From NCBI GenBank assembly GCA_963777505.1, contig CAVZQN010000004.1:1184001-1248000 (forward strand): a DNA stretch of 64,000 nt. Reading direction: 5' to 3'. Below the pieces are notes generated by a model. It was not told where the DNA came from. It searched no databases and worked only from the letters and a program-made list of their open reading frames with translations. Both the position numbers and the translations under genes were made by a program. Shown piece after piece: positions 20,811 through 31,546 of this stretch. Position 1 is the stretch's first letter. Each line of letters opens with the position of its first letter. Source of the stretch: an uncultured bacterium. Its GTDB lineage: Bacteria > Acidobacteriota > HRBIN11 > JAKEFK01.

Positions 20811-20826
20811 TTGCACCAAAGTCCAA
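20811..20826. promoter_or_regulatory. Palindromic box 3, TTGCACCAAAGTCCAA
   Basis: Two mismatches to consensus; flanks ATA/TAT extend the symmetry. Confidence 0.6.
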
Positions 20827-21261
20827 TATTCCATCCGGACTAAAAATGGTATCTTCTTGATGCCCTATTGCGAAGCCAAGCTGTTAGAAAAAGAGAGATA
20901 ATTTCTTTGATATTCTTCATGACCTTTGGAAGTGCGAACATGCATGCACAGCAGACTCAGCCCGCCTTTGGAATTGATCCTAAGGCGGCTGAGCTGTTGC
21001 GCAAAAACAACCAATTTGTTCGGTGATTCAGCCACGGTAACCTCCCCGTTCATCCGCTAGAAGACGAAAGATCAATAACCAGTCTATTTCTTCGTTCGGT
21101 TAGGCTTGCTGTATTTGCATTTGCAAAAATCTATCCTGGCGCACACAGCACATCTAAATCTATGAAAAGGCGGGTGGGTTAGGTATGTTCAGCTTCCGCT
21201 TGTTTTGAGCAAAATAAGATCGAGCAAACTGTGGAGTAGTATTCAGGCGGAAAAATAATAA

Positions 21262-21283
21262 GGGCGGGTTCATGCCCGCCCCC
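21262..21283. terminator. GC hairpin (terminator or REP-like) after the LPKTG gene
   Basis: GGGCGGG-TTCATG-CCCGCCC, followed on the minus strand by TTATTATTTTT. Confidence 0.55.
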
Positions 21284-21331
21284 ATTGCTTCCCTTGATTG
21301 CTTTTTGACCAGTTGGTCGCGAATACATCGC

Positions 21332-22045
21332 TTATTTCTTGAAAATTTTCAGGCCATAGGAAAACGCAAGGAATACGATTCCCAGAATCCCGAATACTGC
21401 GATGGGGCTTCCCGTTTTTGGCAAAGTCGATGGTGCCGGGCTGTCGTCGTCGTCAGACGAAGCTGCCATCGGAGCAGGAGCGGGAGCAGGACTTGGAGCG
21501 GGACTGGGAGCTGCAGCCGGAGCACTTCCAGAAACTCCACCAGGAGTTGTTGTCACAACGGTGCTTTGGTTCTTATGGTAAATAGTAGCTGTCAGATTCA
21601 TTCCCTTCTTAAGATCATAGACAGTCATTTCCTTGCCATCTACGGTAAAGCGGATCCAATCATCAACTACGAATTGTTTATTCGTGCGATCAGCCATCGT
21701 TACGATAAGTGTTGGGGGCTGCACGTGCCAAACTTTCCCCTGTTTGATCTCAGTTGAATAAACAGTTGTAGGTGAAGTGGTCGAAGTAATCGTTCTGGAA
21801 AGAGCGGTCCCCGGCTTCAATTCATGAACAGAAACTTCTTTTCCATCCACATTAAACCGGAAATCTTCGGGTACATCGAAGCTTTTTAATTCGCCCGTTG
21901 AAAATTTGATTACAAGGTGGTTTCCATCTACGGAAACTACTGTGCCTTGTCTGACTTCTGTCGTCACTTGCGCTTGAGCGGGACTCAAGCATACAAGCAT
22001 TCCCGCAAAAAACAGTATCGCAATTGTAAACCCACGCATATACAT
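21332..22045 (-). CDS. LPxTG-anchored surface protein with two beta-rich repeats
   Basis: Signal peptide, two ~60-aa repeats (F.VDGKE..V..LK.G), Pro/Ala linker, LPKTG + TM helix + KIFKK tail. Confidence 0.85.
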   Translation of the reverse strand: MYMRGFTIAILFFAGMLVCLSPAQAQVTTEVRQGTVVSVDGNHLVIKFSTGELKSFDVPEDFRFNVDGKEVSVHELKPGTALSRTITSTTSPTTVYSTEIKQGKVWHVQPPTLIVTMADRTNKQFVVDDWIRFTVDGKEMTVYDLKKGMNLTATIYHKNQSTVVTTTPGGVSGSAPAAAPSPAPSPAPAPAPMAASSDDDDSPAPSTLPKTGSPIAVFGILGIVFLAFSYGLKIFKK

Positions 22046-22051
22046 TACCTC

Positions 22052-22684
22052 CTAAGGATTTTTTGATGTCACGTTAGTTGAATTTTTGGTTAACGAGGCC
22101 TGAATGATGAAGCGCTCTGGTGCGCTCCCTACAAAATAAAACGGATAACAAGTAACAAGTGTGAGAGATGGATTCGGTCTGGGATTGAGAACCCAAACGT
22201 CTTCAGGTTTGACGATATGAATTGCATCAATTGCATAGAGACGTTTTTCGTTGGACGTGACTAGTTCGATCGTATCGCCAAGGTTAATGTCCTTCAGTCC
22301 ACGAAAGAACCCATCTCGATGTCCGGCGATTCCAATATTACCGCTACCGTTGATTTCTGATGTTCCGGGAATACGACCGACGGCGCGATTGAGTGTAATG
22401 TCATCAATTCCTTCGAATACTGACACTTCAAGGTTGATACGATTGATTCGTAGTATCGCCGCCGGAGGGTCAAAATTATTCAGAAGCGATTCTTTATAAG
22501 CCTGGATCCGTTTTGAATCCCAGAGACTAAAATCTGGTGAATCCTCTGTGATTGTTTTGTCCTGAAGATTCTGAGTTTGTGCTTCGACGGCAGCATAATT
22601 CCAGAGGAACCCGTGTAGACGCACAAAGACATAGATTCCAATCGAAGCAAACCCGAGTATTCTGAAGAATTTTTCCAATCTCAT
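22052..22684 (-). CDS. Class D sortase
   Basis: IAGHRDGFF, LTLVTCYPF and downstream Arg (ERFII) give the catalytic triad. Confidence 0.93.
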   Translation of the reverse strand: MRLEKFFRILGFASIGIYVFVRLHGFLWNYAAVEAQTQNLQDKTITEDSPDFSLWDSKRIQAYKESLLNNFDPPAAILRINRINLEVSVFEGIDDITLNRAVGRIPGTSEINGSGNIGIAGHRDGFFRGLKDINLGDTIELVTSNEKRLYAIDAIHIVKPEDVWVLNPRPNPSLTLVTCYPFYFVGSAPERFIIQASLTKNSTNVTSKNP

Positions 22685-22770
22685 TAGACAGTTATTGTGA
22701 ATAGCCTAGCAAGAGCCCGGCCTGCTATTCTTTGCAAAAGTACGATAGTAGATATACGGATACCTGTAAA

Positions 22771-22786
22771 TTGGACTTTAGTCCAA
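22771..22786. promoter_or_regulatory. Palindromic box 4, TTGGACTTTAGTCCAA
   Basis: Perfect arms; upstream of the sortase, with a minus-strand TACTAT -10-like hexamer 20 nt downstream. Confidence 0.85.
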
Positions 22787-22796
22787 TTGAAGCGAC

Positions 22797-23459
22797 TCAA
22801 ATGTTGATTTTTGGTCCGATTTGTAAACGCTCGGCGATTCTTGCAAGCTCAGCCAGCGATTGAACTTCCATTTTTTCCATCACGTGTGCACGATGTACTT
22901 TAATGGTTTTCTCAACCAGACCAAGTTCAGCTGCTATTTGCTTGTTGAGTTCTCCAGAAACAACATGCTCCATAACTTCAAACTCTCTTGGAGTGAGTTT
23001 CGCCAGACGTTGATTGATTACTTCCCATTGTTTTCTTTCATTACGAGTAATTGAATCTTGCTCAATCGCCTTATTTACTGCTTTCAGGAGATCTGAGCCT
23101 GATACAGGCTTGGTAAGAAAGTCGACAGCACCGCCTTTCATTGCACGAACGCTGCTTGGGATATCTCCATGACCTGTTAGAAATATGATGCTCCGTTGAC
23201 AGCCAGTTAGCAGCAGTTGTTCTTGTAATTCCAATCCATTGAGTCCGGGCATTGAAACATCGAGCACTGCACACCCCGGTATTGAGCTGTCATGATTCTG
23301 AAGAAATTCAACGGGAGATGAAAAGCACTTGGTTTCAAAACCTTTAGATCTTAAAAGGCGCGAGAGTGCTTTTTGTACTGAAAGATCATCATCGACCACA
23401 AAAACAACAGGGACGGAACTATTGAAGCTCGTGCGTTGATGTGGGTCATTGTGCTGCAT
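22797..23459 (-). CDS. FixJ/NodW-type response regulator (REC + LuxR HTH)
   Basis: VVDDD, LDVSMPG, FLTGHGD, FLTKP, LTPRE..NKQIAAELGLVEKTIKVHR; likely ATG 23459. Confidence 0.92.
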   Translation of the reverse strand: MQHNDPHQRTSFNSSVPVVFVVDDDLSVQKALSRLLRSKGFETKCFSSPVEFLQNHDSSIPGCAVLDVSMPGLNGLELQEQLLLTGCQRSIIFLTGHGDIPSSVRAMKGGAVDFLTKPVSGSDLLKAVNKAIEQDSITRNERKQWEVINQRLAKLTPREFEVMEHVVSGELNKQIAAELGLVEKTIKVHRAHVMEKMEVQSLAELARIAERLQIGPKINI

Positions 23460-23569
23460 AGAGGATCCAAGGAAAGAATACGGAAACTTGATTCTATCCC
23501 TTACTAATGATCCTGTCAATTTCTCTACTGTTAAGCCTGCGTAACATTTTACGGATGTCTCTTTAAGTG

Positions 23570-23585
23570 TTGGACTAAGGTCCAT
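23570..23585. promoter_or_regulatory. Palindromic box 5, TTGGACTAAGGTCCAT
   Basis: Between the divergent FixJ-like regulator and the receiver/kinase genes (possible autoregulation). Confidence 0.75.
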
Positions 23586-23770
23586 CTTGTCCGACATGAC
23601 ATTTAGAGGAAGAATGAATGGTGACAACGCCACAATTGAAGAATGCAGCGAGCAGGCTCAACATTGTAGGCAGGAGCTTTGACAACGAAAATGAGAGGAT
23701 ATTGTGAATGATTGTAGCTTCAGCGCTGCCCACATCAAGTCAAGTTCTAGATAAACAAGGCAAATATTTT

Positions 23771-24151
23771 ATGATGCCTTTAATTGAAGACACTTTGATC
23801 CATGTGATTGACGACGATCCTTCAGTGCGAAAGGCAATCCGCAGATTACTACAATCAATGGGATACAGGGCCAAGGCATATGCTTCCGCAATGGAATTCC
23901 TAAAAGAAAAGAACGAAATAAGATCGTGCCTCATTCTTGACGTACAACTTGATGGAATGAGTGGGCCTGAACTACAGCAACATCTCATAGATATGGGACT
24001 CAGAATCCCTATCGTTTTCATCACCTCGCATGACGATGAAAGCATTCGCAAACGAATTGAGCAGACAGGCGCTCCGTTTTTGAGAAAGCCTGTTGAAGGA
24101 CATCAACTCCTTGAAGCGATTCAAAGAGCAATGAAATCATTCGCTGAATAG
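23771..24151 (+). CDS. Single-domain response regulator receiver
   Basis: VIDDD, LILDVQL, FITSHD, LRKP; no output domain. Confidence 0.88.
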   Translation: MMPLIEDTLIHVIDDDPSVRKAIRRLLQSMGYRAKAYASAMEFLKEKNEIRSCLILDVQLDGMSGPELQQHLIDMGLRIPIVFITSHDDESIRKRIEQTGAPFLRKPVEGHQLLEAIQRAMKSFAE

Positions 24152-24211
24152 AAGGCGAGTCTTAGGATATGCTAGCTTAGGAAATGAAAATCAAAAAACG
24201 TTGAGACAGCC

Positions 24212-26239
24212 TTGAAAGAACGTTCCCCTCTGACCGCATACCGCCCCCTGATTGAAAATATTCTGTGGTTCTGTTTATTCGAAACGGCATTCTATTTTGC
24301 TTATCGATATGGAATGTCGTTCAGCAATACTACCGCTTCTCCTTTCTGGTTCCCGGATGCGGTTCTGCTTTGTGCGCTCATGCGCAGTCATCCGCGAAGA
24401 TGGTGGATTTTTGTTTTCGCGCCACTTCCAATTCGAATCTTCGCAGAAGTCGCTCACAATATTCCTTTATGGTTTTTGCTCGCAACATTCGCGATTGATT
24501 CCGCAAAAGGGGTACTGACAGCTTTCGCTTTGCGCCACGTTAACAAGAATCCCATCCGTTTTGAAACGATACGAGAATATTTATTGTTCTTTTTCTTCGC
24601 AGTTTTAATGATTCCTGCAGCAGCTGCTTTTGGCAGGTGCTGCGAGCTCGACACATGCTTGGTGATGATTATTGGCAAGCATGGGGACGCTGGTTTCTTG
24701 GAAATGTGACGACACAATTGGTTTTGACACCAGCAGTTTTATATTGGGTATTTGGCCATCCTGGGAAGATTCAACTCCCGTCCACGAAGCGTGGTATTGA
24801 GGCCGGGTTATTGATCATCGGGCTTCTCGCGTCGGGCTATTTCGCCTTCCATTCGGAATCTCTTTCCAGCAGATTTTGCTGAGCCGTTATTCTTCGCACC
24901 TGTTCCATTTTTGTTTTGGGCAGCAATCCGGTTTGGAATGTTCGGCGCTTCTGCTGCAATCGTAGCGATCGCTGTTCTAGCCGTTCATGCAGCACTCAAT
25001 GCTCGTGGACCATTTTCGGGGCAGTCGCCGGCAGCAACGGCAGTCGCCTTGCAAAATTTTCTGATCATCAGAGCAGCGCCGCTTTATCTGGTGGCAATCT
25101 TGATAGGGCAAAGGAATGAAGTTGAGCAATCGCTAAGAGAAAGTGAAGGACGTTTTCGGAATGTGGCGAATTCTGCTCCGGTTGTGATTTGGATGACAGG
25201 ACCCGACACGCTTTGCACTTTCGTCAATCAAACTTATCTCAATTTCACCGGCCGTACAGTAGAACGGGAACTGGGAAATGGTTGGACAGAATGTATTCAC
25301 TCCGATGATTTAAAACATTGTCTAGATGTTTATCGCTCCGCCTTTGATTTGCATAACGAATTTGAAATGGAATACCGTGTGCGTCGGAACGATGGTGAGT
25401 ACCGGTGGTTGTTCGCCAAAGGAGTGCCTCGGCGGGCGCTGAATGGAGATTTCTTAGGTTATATCGGCACAGCCATCGATATTACAGATCGCAAGCGGGT
25501 AGAGGAGGCCAATCGTCATCTTGCTCATGCGCAACGTCTTACAATTTTGGGTGAATTTACCGCAATGATTGCTCATGAAGTAAATCAACCATTGGCTGCC
25601 ATCATGAGTAACACGGAAACCATCATGAATTTATTAGACTTTGAACAACCGCCGATGAAAGAAATTCGGGAAATACTTTCAGATATTCGCCAGGATGATC
25701 TTCGTGCAAACGAAACGATACGACGAGTTCGATCGCTGTTACAGAAACGCGAAATGCACATGGAACCATTTGATCTCAATCAAATTACTTCAGATGTGCT
25801 CAGGATCATAACCGCAGATGCAACGCGCAGGCACGTTCAAATTCGAAGAGACTTTGAACAAGGTCTTCCATTGGCTTTCGGGGACCCAGCCTATTTGCAA
25901 CAGGTATTGTTGAATTTGATTTCTAATGGAATCGATGCGATGAAGGATACTTCAGAATCTATCCGACAGCTTACCGTGCAAACGAAACATGATCACAACA
26001 ATACTATCGAAGTATCTGTCACAGATTGTGGGTGCGGTATCCCATCCGAAAAGCTGCCTCAAATTTTTGATTCATTTTTCACAACAAAAGAAGAAGGTAT
26101 GGGACTAGGCCTCTCCATCGCGCGTTCGATTATTGAAGCCCATCATGGACGTATCTGGGCTGAAAACAATTCCAATGGCGGTGCAACATTTCATTTTGCT
26201 GTGAGAATGCTTGATGATTCGAAGAATCTAAAACACTAA
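24212..26239 (+). CDS. MASE1-PAS sensor histidine kinase, FixL/NodV-like (frameshifts near 24635-24645 and 24870)
   Basis: MASE1 FWFPDAV and WAAIRFG; PAS; AHEVNQPL H-box; HATPase GMGLGL; split over three ORFs. Confidence 0.85.
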
Positions 26240-26270
26240 ATCTTTTCAACCGCGAAGGCACGCTCTCATA

Positions 26271-27320
26271 TTATGGATTAAAACTAATTCGAACTCCGGT
26301 AGTTAGAAGTAAATCATTTTCCTCGGCACCACTGACAGGATTGCTCAGGTAACGATCGCTGACTGTTAAATGCCAATCAAACGTGTCGTTCATTTTGGTA
26401 ACAATGCCCGCATCAAAAGTCATCCGGAATTCGCCTGTATCACTCAGATTGGGAAAGATTACAAATCTTTCTTTAAACGAAACACGTTCGGAGAGTTGAT
26501 ATGAAAAATCTTCGCCCACGAGGAGTTCAGCTGAGTTTCTGCTTTCATCTACTTCAAAATTTTCATAATTGTAGGATCCGCCGCCAAATATCTGAAACTG
26601 TGAGCGGTCATTCTTAACCAAATACCATCCTAAACCGCCGCCTAATACAAGCCTTAAATCGAGAAATTGAAACTCATCATGTTCCATATCCGTAAACACA
26701 AACGGTGTAAGCTTCTCTGTAATGAAGTACTCATACCTTCCACCCCCACGAATGGCGTTTGCTGTTGTTCTTGATTCACCCGTTGTGCTGTCTTGTGCAT
26801 ACAGTGAAGCCGCATAAAAACTGGTCTTATCGTTTGTGGTTGTTCTTGACGCGGACGCTCCAAGCGCAAAATTGATTGTTTCCGAATTCCCCTGACTTAA
26901 ACTGAGCCCGGCTTCAACAAAACCGCCCCAAAGATCTCCCCATCCGGGATGTTCGTAACGCTCTACTTCGGCAAAATAATTATCTTTGGAACGGATCGCT
27001 GCGACTGTGGCAACTGCAGAAACAACTGTGCCGGCATCAGTAGTTTCTACTGTTATATCTCGCTCTGTAAACGTAATCGTTCCAAACAATGTCTTTCCGT
27101 CAGTCATGGATACATATACAGGTTCTGTGGACGTGATTTGTTGAATGGCATCATGAGAAATAGTAATGTCCCCTGCATATGCAGTCTTGAGAATGAGGGT
27201 CTTACCATCGGATTTTATTATTTGTCCTGTGATCCGGTCTGAATTCTTCATCTGAACTTCATCGGCAGAACAGATGACTGCTGCAAGAAAAATAAAAAGG
27301 AATACGAATTTTGACATCAT
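26271..27320 (-). CDS. DUF481 outer-membrane beta-barrel protein
   Basis: Signal peptide, DRITG N-domain, GLSLSQGNSET, C-terminal GVRISF. Confidence 0.85.
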   Translation of the reverse strand: MMSKFVFLFIFLAAVICSADEVQMKNSDRITGQIIKSDGKTLILKTAYAGDITISHDAIQQITSTEPVYVSMTDGKTLFGTITFTERDITVETTDAGTVVSAVATVAAIRSKDNYFAEVERYEHPGWGDLWGGFVEAGLSLSQGNSETINFALGASASRTTTNDKTSFYAASLYAQDSTTGESRTTANAIRGGGRYEYFITEKLTPFVFTDMEHDEFQFLDLRLVLGGGLGWYLVKNDRSQFQIFGGGSYNYENFEVDESRNSAELLVGEDFSYQLSERVSFKERFVIFPNLSDTGEFRMTFDAGIVTKMNDTFDWHLTVSDRYLSNPVSGAEENDLLLTTGVRISFNP

Positions 27321-27407
27321 ATACTTTCTCCAATCGTGATTATTAAACCGTCGTCAAGAATTTGAATAGTCAGGTCGATTTTATACACTCTTTAACAGTG
27401 TGCATAC

Positions 27408-27423
27408 ATGGGCTAAAGTCCTA
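27408..27423. promoter_or_regulatory. Palindromic box 6, ATGGGCTAAAGTCCTA
   Basis: Three mismatches; between divergent DUF481 and PP2C genes. Confidence 0.6.
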
Positions 27424-27474
27424 TAGAAAAGATAAACTAAAGTAGGATATTTTCCTCAAGTAAGGAGTTGTAAC

Positions 27475-28419
27475 ATGTGGAATTTTTCGGATGTAGATAC
27501 AGAAGAATTGTTTCTTCCGGTAAAGCAATTAGACATCGATCGACCCCGGGCTTTTTCATCCGAAGTTCGCGTAGATTTTGGTGCTGTATCGGACCGCGGC
27601 AAGATGCGTATGAATAATGAAGACGCATTTTTGATTCTTCGTACCGGACGATACATGCATAAGGTAATGACAAATGTCCAGCCGGAACTTTTGCCGGAAC
27701 ATCATGAAGAAAACGCTTATGCAATGGCAGTTGCCGATGGAATCGGTGGACTTGCTGCCGGCGAAGTAGCAAGCAGTATGGCAATCACAACGGTTGTAAA
27801 TCTCATGCTTTCATCTGTGAAATGGGCCTTAAAGCTGGATCACCCGGAATATCGTGAAAAAGAAATGGAAGAAGGAATTCAGCGTGCTGTCGATTACCTG
27901 TGTAAGGCGGACCTTGCAATTGGACGCCGCGCCGAACAAGATGAAAAGTTTGAAAAAATGGGGACCACACTCACGGCATCTTACACCTTTGGAGATGATC
28001 TTTTCATTTTCCATATTGGAGACTCAAGAGCTTATCTGTTGCACAATGGAGTATTAAGCCGATTGACTCACGATCACACGCTCGCCCAAGCTCTTGCAGA
28101 CAAAGGTGACATCACTCAAGAGGTGGCAGCAACTCACAAATTCAAACATTATTTAACACGCGCAATTGGTCATCATGGAGGAAAACTTGAAGTGGAGATC
28201 CATCATTTGAAACTCGCAGATAACGATCTTGTACTGCTTTGTTCAGATGGTCTCACCGATCTGGTTAGCGATGAACAAATCGCAGAAACTCTGAAAGGAA
28301 CTGAGCCTCCGCAAAACAAATGTGAGTCTCTTGTAAATCTTGCTTTGCAAAAAGGCGGAAGAGACAACGTTACCGTGTTATTGGCACATTATCATCTTCC
28401 ATCGACAGGAAGTTTCTAA
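27475..28419 (+). CDS. PP2C/Stp1-family Ser/Thr phosphatase
   Basis: NNED, VADGIGG, MGTT, HIGDSRAY, LCSDGL, GGRDNVT. Confidence 0.93.
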   Translation: MWNFSDVDTEELFLPVKQLDIDRPRAFSSEVRVDFGAVSDRGKMRMNNEDAFLILRTGRYMHKVMTNVQPELLPEHHEENAYAMAVADGIGGLAAGEVASSMAITTVVNLMLSSVKWALKLDHPEYREKEMEEGIQRAVDYLCKADLAIGRRAEQDEKFEKMGTTLTASYTFGDDLFIFHIGDSRAYLLHNGVLSRLTHDHTLAQALADKGDITQEVAATHKFKHYLTRAIGHHGGKLEVEIHHLKLADNDLVLLCSDGLTDLVSDEQIAETLKGTEPPQNKCESLVNLALQKGGRDNVTVLLAHYHLPSTGSF

Positions 28420-28421
28420 CG

Positions 28422-30612
28422 TTGGCAAATACCAGCTCTATTTTCCAAAGATTTGTTTCAATCAGCTTTTCCAAACAAATTATTCTTGGACTTTCTTTAG
28501 GCATCATTCTCGGGCTTTTTTTTGGAGAAATGATTGCACCCCTTCGTGTTGTTGCTGATGGATTTATTCGTCTACTTCAAATGACGGTTCTTCCATATGT
28601 CACTATCTCGCTGATCTCAGGGTTAGGTTCTCTTACAAAACAACAAGGCAAAATGATTTTCACGAAAGTAGGGGGTTTGCTCCTTCTTTTGTGGGGAATC
28701 ACCCTTCTATTTGTATTTCTCAGTACCTCTCGCTTTTCCAAGACAGGAATCAGCATCTTTTTTCAGCACATCATTGATAGAAGAGCCCAAATCTTTCGAT
28801 TTCTTGGATCTGTATATTCCAACGAATCCATTTTTCTCTCTTGCTAATAGCATAGTACCTGCAGTAGTTTTCTTCAGCATAGCTCTCGGAATCGCTTTAA
28901 TTGGAATCGAAAATAAGGAGCAGCTAATCGGATGGCTTGAAATCGCGCGAAAAACCCTCAGCCAAATAAGTCGCTTTGTTGTGAAGTTAACTCCAGTCGG
29001 ATTATTCGCGATTGGTGCCAATCTGGCAGGTACACTCAGGTTGGTGGATTTGGAGCGAGTCCAGGTGTTCTTGCTGATTTACGCCACAATTGCGGTTTTA
29101 ATGACGTTATGGGTTTTACCAGGGTTGGTCACTGCATTGACATCAATTCGGTATCAAGAGATTTTGAAGCGCACTTCGGATGCGTTGATTACAGCTTTTA
29201 TGACAGGAGATCTATTCGTCGTTCTACCTATTTTAGTTGATTCAAGCAAAGATCTGATTCAACGTCACTCAACAGAACGGAATGATGCCGCGAACCTGCC
29301 GGACGTTATCGTGCCTGCCTCGTTTAATTTCCCCCACTCTGGCAAAGTTCTTTCGTTAAGCTTCATCCTTTTTGCCGCATGGTTTAGTGATACCAGTTTT
29401 TCTTTGCTCGATAAATCAAAACTTGCGACCACCGGAGTACTTACATTTTTTGGAAACCTTAATGTCGCTGTGCCGTATCTATTAGACTTTTTCCATATTC
29501 CGATCGACACCTTTCAGTTATTCCTTGCGACAGGTGTCATCAACTCTCGTTTCGGAAGTGCAATTGCAGCAATGCATACATTCGTGTTGGCGGTCCTTGG
29601 CGCGTATGCAATGACCAACACTTTAACCATAAAACCAAAGAAATTGATTCGTTATGTTTTCATTACGCTGTTTTTTGCTTTCTTCAGTCTCATAGCTCTA
29701 CGATTCTTATTTGGTCTTGTCTTGGACAACAGTTATAGAAAAGGAGATGTTCTCCGTTCCATGCATCTCCTGAAGAGTAAAGATGCAGCAACGGTGTATC
29801 GTGACTTCCGCGCGGTTCCCCCATTACCAGAAACCAAAATGACATCTTTGCTGGCGCAAATTGATGAACGGAAGAAACTTCGGGTCGGCTACTTACCTAA
29901 TAGTCTCCCTTATGCTTTTTTTAACACAAAGAATGAACTTGTTGGTTTTGATGTCGATATGGCACACCAACTTGCAAAAGAAATGAATGTTTCTCTGGAA
30001 TTTGTTCAGATGGATCGGACCAAAGTCATTGATCAATTAAAAAGCGGGTATTGCGATATCTTGATGTCAGGCTTTGCGGTGAGTACCGGTCGAGCCAGAC
30101 AAATTATTTTGTCTTCACCTTATCTTTATGAAAATGCAGCCTTCATTGTTCCTGATTTCAGACGACATGAATTTGCAAATCGGGAGTCGATTCTAAGCAT
30201 TCAACATCTTCGAATCGGGATTCCGGACATTCCTTATTACAAGGATAAAATCCGCGAATACGCACCGAATGCCAAGGTAGTGACGATTGATTCACCGATG
30301 GATTTGTTTGAAGGAAAACGAAAGGATTGTGATGTTCTTCTTATTAGCGCTCAGCGCGGCTCTTCCTGGTGCTTGCTATATCCACAATTTACGGTCGTGG
30401 TACCGCAGCCAGGGATATTGACGGTTCCAATCGCCTATGCAGTTGCTCGGAATGATCAGAACTTTGCTGCCTTTGTGAATACCTGGATAGAGCTAAAAAA
30501 GAACGATCGAACGATTGATGATTTATACGATTACTGGATTCTTGGAAAGAATGCAGAACCGCAACAACCGCGATGGTCAATTCTTCGAAACATTCTCCAT
30601 TGGGTGAAATGA
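28422..30612 (+). CDS. Dicarboxylate/amino acid:cation symporter fused to a periplasmic binding domain (frameshift near 28720)
   Basis: N-terminal SDF-type TM domain (FIRLLQMTVLPY), C-terminal PBPb (LRVGY, LVGFDVDMA). Confidence 0.82.
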
Positions 30613-30623
30613 TACAAAATTTT

Positions 30624-30648
30624 GGGCGGCCACAAGGGCCGCCCCTAC
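30624..30648 (-). repeat. GTAG-family REP
   Basis: Reverse complement is GTAGGGGCGGCCCTTGTGGCCGCCC. Confidence 0.75.
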
Positions 30649-30812
30649 CAGTTTCTGATCTTAATTAGAAAACTATAACCTGATAGAGTTTCAAACGGTT
30701 AAGACGGATACAACCCGATTGCATGCAAAACTCATGTTTTCCTCCAAGATGTATCCAAACATTCGATACGTAATTTTCCTTCCAATATATAGCCTCCGGT
30801 AAAATACGACAT

Positions 30813-30828
30813 TGGAACTTTAGCCCTA
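30813..30828. promoter_or_regulatory. Palindromic box 7 (degenerate), TGGAACTTTAGCCCTA
   Basis: 12/16 match; upstream of the ferritin-like/katE operon. Confidence 0.45.
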
Positions 30829-30913
30829 TAAGTCTCTGATTTCCTGTATTTAAACCAATTGCGAATCCTACCTTCTGGCATATCTTTCTTACGCAATCAA
30901 ATCTGGAGGAATT

Positions 30914-31546
30914 GTGGACAAAGATCAGATGCATGGGCTGCTTTATGAAGCACTCGAAACTGAACAAGGCGGCGTTCTCGTATACGAAACGGCTCTTCGA
31001 TATGTAATCAATGAAGACTTAAAGAAAGAGTGGGAAGAATATCTTGAACAAACCCAAAATCACGTAAAGGTCCTGTTGAATGTTTTTAAGAAACTTGGAC
31101 TTAATCCCGGAGTGGAAACACCTGGGAGAGTGGTAGTGCGGCATTCAGGACTGTCGTTGGTTAGAACAATGGAGATCGCGGGTGTATCAGCAAAACCAGA
31201 AGCCGCTGAAATCGTCGCTGCGGAATGTGTGGTTCTTGCAGAAACAAAAGATCATTCAAATTGGGAATTAATAGGCCTTGTCAGCGAAACTCTTACTGGA
31301 GTTGAGAAAGAAGCGCTCAAGGGTGCATATGACGAAGTCGAGGACGAAGAAGATGAACATCTCTACCATACTGCGGGATGGGCCAGGGAATTACATCTTC
31401 AAGCGTTGAAATTGCCGGCTCAACTGCCACCGCCGGAAGAAGAAAAAGATGTTAAGTCCGCAATTGCCGCAGCTCGCGCGAAAAAAGAACGGAAAGGTGA
31501 AATCATCCAAAAACCAAGGAAACAAAATGAAAAAAGAAAACGCTGA
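30914..31546 (+). CDS. Ferritin-like (DUF892-like) stress protein
   Basis: EALETEQGG, EQTQNH, ETKDH, EEDEHLYH; GGAGG RBS before GTG. Confidence 0.78.
   Translation: MDKDQMHGLLYEALETEQGGVLVYETALRYVINEDLKKEWEEYLEQTQNHVKVLLNVFKKLGLNPGVETPGRVVVRHSGLSLVRTMEIAGVSAKPEAAEIVAAECVVLAETKDHSNWELIGLVSETLTGVEKEALKGAYDEVEDEEDEHLYHTAGWARELHLQALKLPAQLPPPEEEKDVKSAIAAARAKKERKGEIIQKPRKQNEKRKR

Noticed and set aside
20865-21053. 62-aa ORF in the intergenic gap
   Set aside because: No RBS or recognisable motif; cannot be supported as a gene
23460-23633. N-terminal ORF extensions of the FixJ-like gene, katE, mug, the HADs and the amidohydrolase
   Set aside because: The extensions overlap neighbouring genes, repeats or regulatory boxes; downstream starts fit the domains better
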